A DNA stretch of 63,813 bases, counting the filler, from Octopus bimaculoides (lineage: Eukaryota): NCBI RefSeq assembly GCF_001194135.2. It is 8 parts of 8 records of this genome, joined end to end, with 100 filler letters (N's around TTAATTAATTAA, not from the genome) between each part and the next. Parts side by side here need not be neighbours in the genome. Positions count along the whole stretch, not along the records: positions 21,524 to 41,646 come from NC_068991.1; 7 more parts are not named here. One strand, written 5' to 3'. Of this stretch, positions 25,315 to 39,595 are shown piece after piece. The stretch's first letter is position 1, and the number at the start of each line of letters is the position of its first letter. The translations under genes and the position numbers were made by a program. The notes beneath the pieces were generated by a model, which searched no databases, had not been told where the DNA came from, and was given only the letters and a program-made list of their open reading frames with translations.

Positions 25315-25505
25315 TGCCGAATTGGCAGTATCGTTAGCACGCTGACTAAAATGCTTAACGGCATTTCGTCTGGTTTTACGTTTAGAATTCAAATCTCACC
25401 GAGGTCGACTTGTTCTTTCAGCCATCCGGAGCGGTTGAGCAATGGGGTCGATGTAATGAACTTACCCCGTGCCCCGAAATTGGTGGGTTTGCGCCGAATT
25501 TGAAC
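25315..25505 (+). mobile_element. SINE family A (A1 tail)
   Basis: GGCAGTATCGTTAGCACGC...AAATCTCACCGAGGTCGAC...GGGGTCGATGTAATGAACT...CCCCGAAATT. Confidence 0.8.
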
Positions 25506-25531
25506 CTAATACATAAGATGCAGTGAAAACG

Positions 25532-25570
<39 letters not shown>

Positions 25571-26229
25571 NNNNNNNNNNNNNNNNNNNNNNNNNNNNNN
25601 NNNNNNNNNNNNNNNNNNNNNNNNNNNNNNNNNNNNNNNNNNNNNNNNNNNNNNNNNNNNNNNNNNNNNNNNNNNNNNNNNNNNNNNNNNNNNNNNNNNN
25701 NNNNNNNNNNNNNNNNNNNNNNNNNNNNNNNNNNNNNNNNNNNNNNNNNNNNNNNNNNNNNNNNNNNNNNNNNNNNNNNNNNNNNNNNNNNNNNNNNNNN
25801 NNNNNNNNNNNNNNNNNNNNNNNNNNNNNNNNNNNNNNNNNNNNNNNNNNNNNNNNNNNNNNNNNNNNNNNNNNNNNNNNNNNNNNNNNNNNNNNNNNNN
25901 NNNNNNNNNNNNNNNNNNNNNNNNNNNNNNNNNNNNNNNNNNNNNNNNNNNNNNNNNNNNNNNNNNNNNNNNNNNNNNNNNNNNNNNNNNNNNNNNNNNN
26001 NNNNNNNNNNNNNNNNNNNNNNNNNNNNNNNNNNNNNNNNNNNNNNNNNNNNNNNNNNNNNNNNNNNNNNNNNNNNNNNNNNNNNNNNNNNNNNNNNNNN
26101 NNNNNNNNNNNNNNNNNNNNNNNNNNNNNNNNNNNNNNNNNNNNNNNNNNNNNNNNNNNNNNNNNNNNNNNNNNNNNNNNNNNNNNNNNNNNNNNNNNNT
26201 GTAAAAGAAATATGCATCAAACTGATTTC

Positions 26230-26256
26230 CTTTTATTTCTGTTATTATCATTATTA

Positions 26257-26343
<87 letters not shown>
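26230..26343. repeat. (TAT)n microsatellite
   Basis: Perfect trinucleotide run. Confidence 0.95.
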
Positions 26344-26344
<1 letters not shown>

Positions 26345-26585
26345 GATTGTCAGAAGAGGTGGTGATGTTAGGAATAAATAAATAGATAAATAAATACGAA
26401 CAAAAATATAATATTGTGAAGTATTGTAACAACAAACAATGGCGTAGATGTTCCAAAATTCTATAGGCATTCATCGGCATTGTTGCTTTTGTTGTACCGA
26501 ATGTGATATGACCCTACGTTGCGGCACTTTACATTTTTGTAAACCACACACACACACACAGACAATCATACACATGTACATACAT

Positions 26586-26616
<31 letters not shown>

Positions 26617-26617
26617 T

Positions 26618-26656
<39 letters not shown>

Positions 26657-26944
26657 CATTCAATATGGCGTTTTACCTTCCCTTTGCGCTTTCAGTAATT
26701 TTCTCTCGCTTAGTTTTGTCTCTTTCATTCAATTGAAAATTGATAAGGATCGTTTTAATGACGAAATATGAATAGGAATGCGAGTGGTACTCTGTGTGTG
26801 TGTGTGTGTGTATGTGTGTGTATGTGTGTGTATGTGTGTGTGTGTGTGTTGGGAGAGAGAGAGGGGCAATATAATTTAATGTTCGTAAAAATCCCTTTAA
26901 AATATATTTGGCAAAACTTCTCACCCTAGCCGCCGCAATCACCT

Positions 26945-27073
26945 CCATCTTTATCATCATCATCATCATTATCATCCCCGTCCTCCCCGCTCCGCTTCCT
27001 TCTCCTCCTCCTCCTGATCGTTAACATCGTCCGTATCGGCGTCATCGCTGTCGCCATCATCATCATCATCAAT

Positions 27074-27108
<35 letters not shown>

Positions 27109-27306
27109 TATCATTATCATCATCATCATCATCATGGACGTGGTCGTGGTCGTCATCGACGTCATCGTTATCATCATCATCATCCACTTTCCCAACTTCT
27201 TCCTATCCCCTCCCTTCCTCCCCTTGTCCCATACCCCTCCTCCACCTCCTCATTATCATTATCATCATTCTCGTCGTCAAGATGATGATGATGATGATGA
27301 TGGTGG

Positions 27307-27361
<55 letters not shown>

Positions 27362-27597
27362 GACCATCATTATCATTTTCATCACCATTTTCATTGACAA
27401 CAACATCACCGTCATCATTATCACCAACATCAGTACAACAGCCATCACCGGGAGCACCACAATAAATCGACATCCTCACACTTCCTCCTCCTCCACTTCC
27501 TCCACCTCCTCTTCCTCATCCTCCTCTTCCTCCCCTTCCTCTTCTTCCTCCTCCTCCTCTTCCTCCTCCTCATCGTCATCATCATCAACACCACCAC

Positions 27598-27646
<49 letters not shown>

Positions 27647-27825
27647 GTCGTCGTCGTCGTCGTCATCGTCATCATCATCATCATCATCATAAATACATTT
27701 TGAACTTTGTTGCTATAGTGGTCGTCGCCAACGTCGTCGTTGTTGTTGTTATTGCGGCTGTGAATGTTAATAAATAGTTTAGTGTAAAAAAAAGGAATAA
27801 AGAGATAATAATAATNNNNNNNNNN

Positions 27826-27891
<66 letters not shown>

Positions 27892-27892
27892 C
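26945..27892. repeat. Compound trinucleotide low-complexity tract (CAT/GAT/CCT/CGT/AAT)
   Basis: Alternating blocks, including (CAT)n and its reverse complement (GAT)n. Confidence 0.9.
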
Positions 27893-28101
27893 ATGATAAT
27901 AAAAAGACAGGTTATTGAAACTCTAACTAGATATAATGATTTGTGATAAGTCTTATCTCAAATTTCACTTTCAGCCCATTTGAAGTATTTTTCAACTCAT
28001 CTTAGTGAAGAGCTTTGCCTTTCTCTATTATTTTTTTTTGCACTTTTGTTTTATGTATTTTTCTTTGTCTCTCTCTCTCTCTCTCTCTGTCTTTTTTTCT
28101 T

Positions 28102-28139
<38 letters not shown>

Positions 28140-29285
28140 GTCCAATTGTAAACGTGTTTGAAAAATTTTTCAAAGCTTAACAATTCACAGAACCTTTTCA
28201 CAGTTCCTCGTCTATTCATCTTGGCAAACACACACTTAACACACTTACGAAAAATATGAGTACTGGGAACTGCACACAGAAGAAAAAAAAACACAGATAG
28301 CATATATGCAAGCACAAACACACGCACACATACACACAAACACACACGCACACGCACACACATTCACAAAATTTTCACTCAAACATTCATATTCTCAATT
28401 ATTATATTACTATACCTCCTTACTGTATATATATATACGTATATATNNNNNNNNNNNNNNNNNNNNNNNNNNNNNNNNNNNNNNNNNNNNNNNNNNNNNN
28501 NNNNNNNNNNNNNNNNNNNNNNNNNNNNNNNNNNNNNNNNNNNNNNNNNNNNNNNNNNNNNNNNNNNNNNNNNNNNNNNNNNNNNNNNNNNNNNNNNNNN
28601 NNNNNNNNNNNNNNNNNNNNNNNNNNNNNNNNNNNNNNNNNNNNNNNNNNNNNNNNNNNNNNNNNNNNNNNNNNNNNNNNNNNNNNNNNNNNNNNNNNNN
28701 NNNNNNNNTATATATATATATATATATATTTATACGCATGCATATATATGTATATATTACATCATATATACGTATGTATGTATGTATGTATGTATGTATA
28801 TATATAAATATATATATATATATATACATATTTGTTTTGCAATATATATATATATATAGGCATATATACGTTTGTAAATACATACACATGCATACATACA
28901 TATATATATGTGTGTGTGTGTATTTATGCATTTATATATGTATAAATATTCGCTTACACATGGGAAGTTGCATACATCCACATGCACACACATACATGTA
29001 TACGCACGTATCCCAGTGATTGCAATCAATGAACTCTGCCTATGGCAGAGAAAAACATTCGTTCGAGTTTGATCGATCATATCAAGTTCCAGTACGGAAT
29101 CGATCCCTACTTATTAAATGGGTAAATTTGCCATTCTGGTCTAGAAGGGACGTAACTGTATGTGAATGGTTGCCTAAATCCACCTGAAATTTACTTAGAT
29201 AAATACCGATATTTTCACCGATATACGGTGATGCGTTTTGTATATACATATACACATGCGCACACACACATACACATATAAATAT

Positions 29286-29505
29286 ACTCTTTACACTCTT
29301 TTACTCTTTTACTTGGTTCAGTCATTTGACTGTGGCCATGCTGGAGCACCGCCTTTAGTCGAGAAAATCGACCCCAGGACATATTCTTTGTAAGCCTAGT
29401 ACTTATTTTATCGGTCCCTTTTGCCAATTTGGTAAATTACTGGGACGTAAACACGCTAGCATCGGTTGTCAAGCGATGTTGGGAGGACAAACACAGACAC
29501 ACAAA
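29286..29505 (-). mobile_element. SINE family B, 3' half
   Basis: Reverse complement of 8688-8900, with an (AAGAGTAA)-type tail. Confidence 0.88.
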
Positions 29506-30620
29506 NNNNNNNNNNTAATAATAATAATAATAATAATAATGATAATAATAATAATAATAATATATGCGTTTAGCTGTGTATGTATTTTTGTGTGTGTCTG
29601 GATACGCACACATACTCGCTTGCGCGCGCACACGCAGGGAATGGGTGTGTAGTTGGTTTATGTATAAGTGTGTCAGGGCATATACAAAAATATCTGTCAG
29701 CGAGTAAACCAAGAACTCTACACGCACTCTTTCGAACTAATGGAAATTCGAGACAATTCTCTTAAATCTCGCTCACCGACTCACACAAAAGTGATCATAA
29801 GAGATAATGAAATCTTTCAAATGCAGGAAGAACAGATGATCTCTGATGGAATGCATCAGGTTTATAAGTTTTCTCAACAAGTGTTAACATCGGATTAAGA
29901 ACTTGGACAACAACTATGACTTCTTGAGTTCTTTGACAGCTACCAAACAAAATGTCTTCTTGGATATGTACCTATTTCTTACTTTCTTCTTCATTAATAT
30001 CCCCATCACTATCAGCTTCTTTTTTTTTTGCTCCGTTGATTTGTTTTTTTTTTATTTTCGTATTTATGAATTTGTTTTACAAGATTGGTGATGTGAAATC
30101 TTGTGTTAAGACACAGATACTGTTANNNNNNNNNNNNNNNNNNNNNNNNNNNNNNNNNNNNNNNNNNNNNNNNNNNNNNNNNNNNNNNNNNNNNNNNNNN
30201 NNNNNNNNNNNNNNNNNNNNNNNNNNNNNNNNNNNNNNNNNNNNNNNNNNNNNNNNNNNNNNNNNNNNNNNNNNNNNNNNNNNNNNNNNNNNNNNNNNNN
30301 NNNNNNNNNNNNNNNNNNNNNNNNNNNNNNNNNNNNNNNNNNNNNNNNNNNNNNNNNNNNNNNNNNNNNNNNNNNNNNNNNNNNNNNNNNNNNNNNNNNN
30401 NNNNNNNNNNNNNNNNNNNNNNNNNNNNNNNNNNNNNNNNNNNNNNNNNNNNNNNNNNNNNNNNNNNNNNNNNNNNNNNNNNNNNNNNNNNNNNNNNNNN
30501 NNNNNNNNNNNNNNNNNNNNNNNNNNNNNNNNNNNNNNNNNNNNNNNNNNNNNNNNNNNNNNNNNNNNNNNNNNNNNNNNNNNNNNNNNNNNNNNNNNNN
30601 NNNNNNNNNNNNNNNNNNNN

Positions 30621-30651
<31 letters not shown>

Positions 30652-30659
30652 AAAATACA

Positions 30660-30890
30660 TACATTGTGTGTGTGTTTGTGCCTTTGTGCCTGAGTTTGTC
30701 GCCCCATCACCGTTTGAAAGAGGTATCGGTGTGTTTATGACTCTGGAACTTAGCGGTTCAGCAAAAGACCGTCCAATAAAATAAGTACTCGGTTTAAGAA
30801 ATACGTGCTAGGGCCGATTTGTTCGATTAAAGATATCCAAGGCGGTGCTCCAGCATGGCGGCTGTCAAATGACTGAATGAATTAAACGAA
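30660..30890 (+). mobile_element. SINE family B, 3' half, diverged
   Basis: AACTTAGCGGTTCAGCAAAAG...GGCGGTGCTCCAGCATGGCGGCTGTCAAATGACTGAA. Confidence 0.8.
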
Positions 30891-31029
30891 TGAAAACATA
30901 TGTCTATAAACTCACACACATATGTATATGCATATATGTATATACGTATGTATATATATATATGTGTGTGTGTGTATTTTTATACATATATATATATATA
31001 AATAAATATATGTGTCTATATATTCATTT

Positions 31030-31431
31030 ATTCTTTTACTTGTTTGAGTCGTGTGATTGCGGTCATGCTGGGGCACAGCCTTTAGTCGAGAAAATTGTAC
31101 CCAGGACTTAGTCTTTGTAAGAGTAGTACTTATTCTATCGGTCACTTTTGCCGAACCGCTAGATTACGGAGACGTAAACACACCAACGTTGGTTGTCAAG
31201 CGATGTTGGAGTGACAAACACAGACACACAAAGATACACGCACACACTCACATACTTACACACGCCGGATATATATACGATGGGATTCTTTCGGTTTTCA
31301 TCTACCAAATTCGCTCACAAGGCTTCGGTCGACCCGGGGCTACAGTAGAAGACACTTGCCTAAGTTGCCACGCAGTGGGACTGAACCCGGAACCATGTAG
31401 TTGGTAAGCAATCTACTTACCACACACCCAC
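31030..31431 (-). mobile_element. Full-length SINE family B (~400 bp)
   Basis: Head (GTGTGGTAAGTAG...GGTTCCGGGTTCAGTCCC), central TG/TA tract, body and tail all present without a gap. Confidence 0.9.
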
Positions 31432-31847
31432 TGAATAGGTGTCACTGAATTTGCTTCAGAAATTTCTTCGTCTGCCTTTTGATAAGTCACATGACGAGGT
31501 ACATCTGCAGCAAGTAATACTCTACAACCAGTTGTACAAAATCTCACCCTAGAGGGACCAATGCAGGATGGGTCGAAACGATCGCAGAGACTGATAAAGC
31601 ATAACGTGAACTCCATTCTTTCTTTCTCTCTTTGTGTGTATAAATGTGTGTGTGTGTTTGTGTATTCACACGAATGAAAATATGGATTAAATAAATCCAG
31701 TATAGGAATCACCGAGAACATTTGGAAAAAACACTAAAAATGAACGTGAATCGTCAACGATTTCATTTGCCACATTTGTTTTATATAGACTCACAAGGTC
31801 CTGGCAAGTGTTTTTTTCTTGTTCATCTGAATAATTACCATTTAAAT

Positions 31848-32712
31848 GACACTCTAACTGAACGTGAATGGGGCTTCTGTCCTAGCAGATGATCAATAGA
31901 TATGATTTTCACAGCACGACAGATGGAGATATGTGCTATGAGTATAAAATGGATCTTGTCCAGTTTTTCATCGAGTTAACCAATGCCTTTGGTACTATGA
32001 ATAGAGCCTGCTACGTAAAATAATGCGAAAACTGGGTTGACTTGAACATTTTGTATCGATAAAGCATGGGTAAATGTCGGGGGTGATATGGCGGGACCCG
32101 CTCCAGAAGAGAATGGTGTCAAGCAAGATGGCATCATTTCCACCAACTCACTTTTTATTGTATTTTGCTTTTACTATGAACCTTGGTTTTGCCGCGCATT
32201 GTTCTTTTGTGATCTTTTGGTCGTCTCTTTAACTTGCGTGGATTTGCTGTCAATATGAACGTTTTGCAGTCTCTTATTCGTTAGCTTCATGTAGATGCTC
32301 ACAACTTAGTTGTTCTTACACTTATATTTCTGATTCTTGCGATGCATCTGGACTCAACGTTAACCCGGAGAAGACTGCTGTAAGATTCCAGCCAGCGCCA
32401 TGAAACACATACAGGAAGAAATCTATCTTGGGAGAAGGAAAAGTACTTGAAAATGATGGACAAGTTGTTTTTCCGGGAAATCCTCTCAACCGTTATTTCC
32501 CCTTTAATGTTTCAGAAGGCAACTGAATCTTTTAGGGCTCTTGAGACTCGTGTGTTGTTCCAACATGACATCACAAGGCGAACAAAAGTTGCTGTGTATT
32601 GTGCGTGTAAGAGGAGCAGATGTCCTGAGCATAGAAGACGCATTATGCAGAAGCAATGTCTACACTGGACTCGACACATTGTTTGGATGAATGATCGGAG
32701 GATCCTATCGTA
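31848..32712 (+). pseudogene. RTE-clade LINE reverse-transcriptase remnant
   Basis: Across frameshifts: WGFCPSR*SIDMIFTARQM, QFFIELTNAFGTMNR (FIDxxKAFD), KIMRKLG, NGVKQ, SGLNVNPEKT, TKVAVY, LHWTRHIVWMNDRR. These are the ordered motifs of RTE ORFs. Confidence 0.85.
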
Positions 32713-33278
32713 AAAAAAATCAGTTTCGACAGACTCAGTTCAATCTAACACTTGTAGGTGAAATTGGATAGAGACAAACAGTATTGTAGATCATCAGATG
32801 GCTTGAATCAGTAATAGAAAAGATACGACCTTGTACAAGCACCCTGTCACATTGAATCTGCCTGAAATTTACGTTACGGGTACATACATCTAAGGAATTT
32901 TCAATCCCGTAAACGTTCATTCGGGAACAGGTAATTCGGTTAATCGAACAAATGAATCCTCATCGTCGCATGACGGGCATCCTCCACTATTAACTATCTT
33001 TTTCTCCCCACTCTTTCCCCGTATCTGTTTGTGTATGTGAGTTTATATCAAGGCGAATGATGTATGTAGTTGAGGTTCTATACTTCTCTGATGCTACCTA
33101 GATTTTTCACATCATCATATCTCTTTCCATTCCAATAATGGGATGTGATGCGAAAGCAAGAAAACAGCAGCCCAGACTTTTGAAGATTAAAAAAAAAACA
33201 TTAATTTTATGCTCGTGTGTGTGCGTGTGTGTGTGTGTGTGTTTGTGTGTATGTGTTTAAGGTGCGCACTTATATACA

Positions 33279-33315
<37 letters not shown>

Positions 33316-33364
33316 CTGTATATATATATACACATACACATACACACACGCACACACACACACG

Positions 33365-33400
<36 letters not shown>

Positions 33401-33412
33401 TATATATATATA

Positions 33413-33445
<33 letters not shown>

Positions 33446-33831
33446 NNNNNNNNNNNNNNNNNNNNNNNNNNNNNNNNNNNNNNNNNNNNNNNNNNNNNNN
33501 NNNNNNNNNNNNNNNNNNNNNNNNNNNNNNNNNNNNNNNNNNNNNNNNNNNNNNNNNNNNNNNNNNNNNNNNNNNNNNNNNNNNNNNNNNNNNNNNNNNN
33601 NNNNNNNNNNNNNNNNNNNNNNNNNNNNNNNNNNNNNNNNNNNNNNNNNNNNNNNNNNNNNNNNNNNNNNNNNNNNNNNNNNNNNNNNNNNNNNNNNNNN
33701 NNNNNNNNNNNNNNNNNNNNNNNNNNNNNNNNNNNNNNNNNNNNNNNNNNNNNNNNNNNNNNNNNNNNNNNNNNNNNNNNNNNNNNNNNNNNNNNNNNNN
33801 NNNNNNNNNNNNNNNNNNNNNNNNNNNNNNN

Positions 33832-34039
33832 GGTCATAACGTAGATGATGGTATTATCGTTTGTGGTATAGGTGGTGGTGGTGGTGGTGGTGGTGGTGGT
33901 GGTGGTGACGTTAATGCTGATGGAGGCGCTATTCGCCGTGGGTATACAGTGAGATCAGCGATGTCGATAGTGGTTATAGATGTGTTTGATAATGCTGATG
34001 GTAATGATGGTGATGATGGTAATGACGATGACGATGTTG

Positions 34040-34071
<32 letters not shown>

Positions 34072-34133
34072 GATGATGATGGTAATGACGATGACGATGG
34101 CGATGATGATGATGATGATGATGATGACGATAG

Positions 34134-34175
<42 letters not shown>

Positions 34176-34860
34176 CGATAGTGATGATGATGATGATGAT
34201 GATGATGGATATGATGATACATTGGTTGAGGTGATGGTTGTGGCGATAATGGTTATGCTCTCGGTTATGGAAGGCGTGACAGTGGATGTGATGACGATAG
34301 TGGCAGTGTTGTTGGCGCTGTTTGGATTCGTGAGGCTCATATTGATAAACGACACGCAGTAGATATTGTTGGTGATTGTGATGGTCACGATTCGTATTGG
34401 TGGTGATGGTGATGGTGATGGAGGTGGTGGTGGTGGTAGTGGTAAAGTTGGAGGAATCGGCGGGGTCAGTGGTGTTGATGGTTAGTAATGATGGAGATGA
34501 TGCTTTTTCTGAAAAGGCCGTGGTGCTGCCGTTGCCGAGGATGATGGTGGTATTAGTAGTGGTGTTGATAATGCTGTAGTAGCGCCCTTAGAGGTGGTCA
34601 GTCTGTGGGTGGCCACGTTGTCCGGCGTAGTGTTCTTCATTTTTTTTTACGTAGTTTTTGTTGTGATATTTTGGGATGGTGTCGGGAGATGTTGTTAATG
34701 GTAGAGTTGTCTTGGATGATATTAGGAATAATGCTATTATTACTGTTGTCGTCATCGTTGTTATTGTTGTTGCTGTTGTTGTTGGTGGTGGTGGTGGTGG
34801 CGCTGGTTGTACTGTGATGATGGTGCTTGTTGTGTTGAGAATTTTGGAAAGTAAGGGTTT
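33832..34860. repeat. Degenerate (GAT/GGT)n period-3 tract
   Basis: Pure (GGT)n and (GAT)n cores embedded in decayed GNN-register sequence. Confidence 0.85.
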
Positions 34861-35226
34861 ATAATGATGAACTAAAATGAAATGACCTTCTATATTTATA
34901 TTTAAACAACATATTATTTCACTAAAAAATAAGGAGAAAAAAGAAAAAGAAAAGGAAAGAAAAATATATAAGGAATCAAAGAAAATGAACACTAAACAGA
35001 ACAACAACAATAACAAAGCCGATTATCAATAAACAATAAAAAAAAATTACTACAACTACAACTAATATAAACATATAAGCGGCAGAAATATAACCGGCAA
35101 TTATAAGAATGCTAAAAAACAATAAATGCATATTTATAAACTAAACCTGAAAAGCCAAAAAACCAACTATATCACTATAAAGAAAATATAGATAATAATA
35201 TAAACAATGACAAAACTACAGCATCA

Positions 35227-35227
<1 letters not shown>

Positions 35228-35285
<58 letters not shown>

Positions 35286-35304
35286 TATGATGATGATGAT
35301 GATG

Positions 35305-35392
<88 letters not shown>

Positions 35393-35430
35393 TGATGATG
35401 ATGATGATGATGTTCATGATGATTATGATA
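35228..35430. repeat. (AAT)n/(GAT)n microsatellite
   Basis: Directly visible. Confidence 0.95.
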
Positions 35431-36180
35431 ATATTTCAATATGAAACAGTTAAATATACGCCTAGCAACAATAAATACAGGAACAACGGCACCGGAAGCT
35501 ATACAATGACAACAGATGAAGAATTTGGAGGAGTTTCAACGTGAATAATTTTTAATCAGTCTACATATAAATATAAATAAATACATAAATAAACAAATAA
35601 ATATATATATATATAAATAATTTACACACACACACACGCACACGCACACACATACACACACATACAGTCTGGTATGAAATGTATAGCGACGCATTTGTTA
35701 TATTTAAACATGTACCATAAGTAACGTTGATATTTTCCATTGTATTTTTAAATATTTCCCCCTGATTTCATACATATAGACTTTCATTTTTATCTCCATT
35801 GCCGCTAAGACCATGTGTGCATGCGTGTGTGTGTAGTGTATGTGTGTGTGTATGTTTGTATATGTGTGCTTATAAGTCTTTCCATGCTTTTTTGTTTTTT
35901 TATTCATCCACCTCGTGGCTCTTTCAAGTCTTTGTTTCCATGCGCGGCTCAGTCTCTCCGGTTCCTTTGTTTTTCTCTTATTCTCTATCTCTTTATCTCT
36001 CCTCTATATCTCCATCTCTAACGCGTTCAATGGTTCTCTTTAAAACTTGCCTTTGTCAACGAGGTTGCACACAATATCGGTTATGAATTCACGCACAAGC
36101 ACGTAGTGTTGGCGGGAATACAACTACTTACATACATACATACATACGTACATACATACATGCACGCATACATACATACA

Positions 36181-36215
<35 letters not shown>

Positions 36216-37662
36216 CTGCATGCATACTTACATATATACATATACAATTATGCAGAAATGTAGATGTATATATATATGCACATATACGTATATGGATATG
36301 GATATATAGATATGCCTCTCTCAGAGATTTATTATATATATATAAGATCGGAAGANNNNNNNNNNNNNNNNNNNNNNNNNNNNNNNNNNNNNNNNNNNNN
36401 NNNNNNNNNNNNNNNNNNNNNNNNNNNNNNNNNNNNNNNNNNNNNNNNNNNNNNNNNNNNNNNNNNNNNNNNNNNNNNNNNNNNNNNNNNNNNNNNNNNN
36501 NNNNNNNNNNNNNNNNNNNNNNNNNNNNNNNNNNNNNNNNNNNNNNNNNNNNNNNNNNNNNNNNNNNNNNNNNNNNNNNNNNNNNNNNNNNNNNNNNNNN
36601 NNNNNNNNNNNNNNNNNNNNNNNNNNNNNNNNNNNNNNNNNNNNNNNNNNNNNNNNNNNNNNNNNNNNNNNNNNNNNNNNNNNNNNNNNNNNNNNNNNNN
36701 NNNNNNNNNNNNNNNNNNNNNNNNNNNNNNNNNNNNNNNNNNNNNNNNNNNNNNNNNNNNNNNNNNNNNNNNNNNNNNNNNNNNNNNNNNNNNNNNNNNN
36801 NNNNNNNNNNNNNNNNNNNNNNNNNNNNNNNNNNNNNNNNNNNNNNNNNNNNNNNNNNNNNNNNNNNNNNNNNNNNNNNNNNNNNNNNNNNATATATATA
36901 TATATATACATATATGCACGCCATTATGTCTATAAACAATTAGATTTTAAATGAATATATTATTAGCATTATTTCAAAAAGAGGCAGAATCCTGAACCAA
37001 GAGGCTTAATTGTAAATTCTCGCGGCCAATTACATTGCGATAAGTACATCTCCAGTAATTTCAACGTTTGGTAATTTCATAGCAAGGTAATTACCTTGTG
37101 AGCCAGCATATATTCGTGAGTTCCTTATCACGGGAAATATGTCGTCACTAGTATAAGAGTTAGTCTTTTCATTTGTGGGTAATATACATCACTAAATATT
37201 ATGTGAAGGTTTTATTCGAAGTGTATTTGGTGAAAAATGAAGCGAAAGATTTACGTTGCAGTGGAAGTACAGAGGTAAATATTTTATGTATTGTTTATTG
37301 GTAGAGAATCACATCGCAAAATGTTTCAGCGTTTTATCCGTAAATTAAATGTTATTAAACGTTATATGATTGGACTGAAGGATTATTAAAACAATCAATG
37401 AATTAATTGGTTAAATGATTAAGAATTTCACTAATAATAAATTAAAGAAGTGAAATGGAACCTGATCAATTCTTTATTATTGGCATAATGACCAATACAA
37501 TCTACTTTAACACATGATGCTATAAGCAGTTTCGGTATTCGTTCCTTGGTTGTTCATTTTCTGTTGTTTCTAAGAAGCATCCATTCTCGGCATGAGTTGT
37601 ATCTCCGATCTCAAGGTAGAGGTTTCGAATCATGAGCTGGGTGGTTCGTAGTGTTCTTGAGC

Positions 37663-37700
<38 letters not shown>

Positions 37701-37879
37701 GTATGTATATNNNNNNNNNNCAGACACACACACATATATATATATATACATGTACAATAACCTACAATATACTTTTCGTCTATAAAATGTTGTTTCCATC
37801 ACCAGACGACAAAGACGGAAACTTATTCTCCCAAATTGCTTTTAAAATGTATCTTCAATTTGTTAAAATCAGCCAACGT

Positions 37880-37912
37880 CAACTTCTGCGCAACTTCTGC
37901 GCAACTTCTGCG
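37880..37912. repeat. 3 x 11-bp exact tandem repeat CAACTTCTGCG
   Basis: Copies at 37880, 37891 and 37902. Confidence 0.9.
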
Positions 37913-38466
37913 CAGAGAGGATCTTGTCTGACCATAAAAGGAAAAAAAAATGTTGTATCAAACATCGGTCACTTCTGAAACGCCTTTCATCATAAATCTT
38001 CTCCATCAATCCTTTCCTTTGATTGAATTACAAAAAGGCTTCAACTACATATTAAGCTCTCTCTCATACACATAATTTCCAGATATGAAAAAAATACATA
38101 GATATGTATTCTATAGTACGTTAGTACGTGATGATTCACAAATTCACAAAACTTCTCAATTCGCCATTAAGGCTGTCTTCGTAAACGTTGTTCTAAAAAA
38201 CAATGGCGGTTTTTGGTCATTAATCTTAATTTTGCCTAGTTACATTTTTGTCCTTTAGAATTTCTTTGTAAATATCAATTACTTTCGCTCATAAATGGCA
38301 GGAGAAGGATTTCTCGCGAGGAAAAACTAGATGTATGTATGTGCGTGTTTGTGTTTGTGAGTCTGTGTATATATATATATTTCTATAAATATATACATAT
38401 ATATATATCTGTGTGTATCTATGTAGATATATAAGATATATATATATTTACATATATATGTATGTA

Positions 38467-38553
<87 letters not shown>

Positions 38554-39459
38554 NNNNNNNNNNNNNNNNNNNNNNNNNNNNNNNNNNNNNNNNNNNNNNN
38601 NNNNNNNNNNNNNNNNNNNNNNNNNNNNNNNNNNNNNNNNNNNNNNNNNNNNNNNNNNNNNNNNNNNNNNNNNNNNNNNNNNNNNNNNNNNNNNNNNNNN
38701 NNNNNNNNNNNNNNNNNNNNNNNNNNNNNNNNNNNNNNNNNNNNNNNNNNNNNNNNNNNNNNNNNNNNNNNNNNNNNNNNNNNNNNNNNNNNNNNNNNNN
38801 NNNNNNNNNNNNNNNNNNNNNNNNNNNNNNNNNNNNNNNNNNNNNNNNNNNNNNNNNNNNNNNNNNNNNNNNNNNNNNNNNNNNNNNNNNNNNNNNNNNN
38901 NNNNNNNNNNNNNNNNNNNNNNNNNNNNNNNNNNNNNNNNNNNNNNNNNNNNNNNNNNNNNNNNNNNNNNNNNNNNNNNNNNNNNNNNNNNNNNNNNNNN
39001 NNNNNNNNNNNNNNNNNNNNNNNNNNNNNNNNNNNNNNNNNNNNNNNNNNNNNNNNNNNNNNNNNNNNNNNNNNNNNNNNNNNNNNNNNNNNNNNNNNNN
39101 NNNNNNNNNNNNNNNNNNNNNNNNNNNNNNNNNNNNNNNNNNNNNNNNNNAGATGGATAGATAGATAGATAGATAGATATAGAGTGAGAGATGTGTAAAT
39201 AAATATATACATTACAACTACATACAAAATTCAGTTGAATTGTTGGACGTAGGCAGATAAAGGAACGCGGACTACAAAAATACTTGTTATATTTTTTCTG
39301 GAATCAGAAATTGAAATAGATTAGGTTGGCTAATGCCAGATGTTTTTTATAGTAGTTATACTAGATGTATACAATATTCGTATAAAAGTGCATACGCATA
39401 TTCGAGAGCGCTTACATACTAACAGAAACACGTAACGTAAATATATGGGTGCATATACA

Positions 39460-39595
<136 letters not shown>

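Noticed and set aside
26972-27187. Asp-rich ORF
   Set aside because: Product of (GAT)n on the minus strand; stop-free by composition.
29668-29898. 76-aa plus-strand ORF in unique sequence
   Set aside because: Weak splice sites and no recognisable domain.
31413-31721. Cys-containing 102-aa minus-strand ORF
   Set aside because: Starts in a TG repeat, ends in a SINE head, and matches no family I recognise.
33412-34388. Long Asp/Gly-rich (+) and Ser/Pro-rich (-) ORFs resembling biomineral or mucin proteins
   Set aside because: A GNN-register degenerate trinucleotide tract is stop-poor on both strands; no signal peptide or splice support. Would be revived only by transcript evidence.
37083-37098. 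Perfect 16-bp palindrome CAAGGTAATTACCTTG with TAATTA core
   Set aside because: About one or two are expected by chance in this much AT-rich unique DNA.
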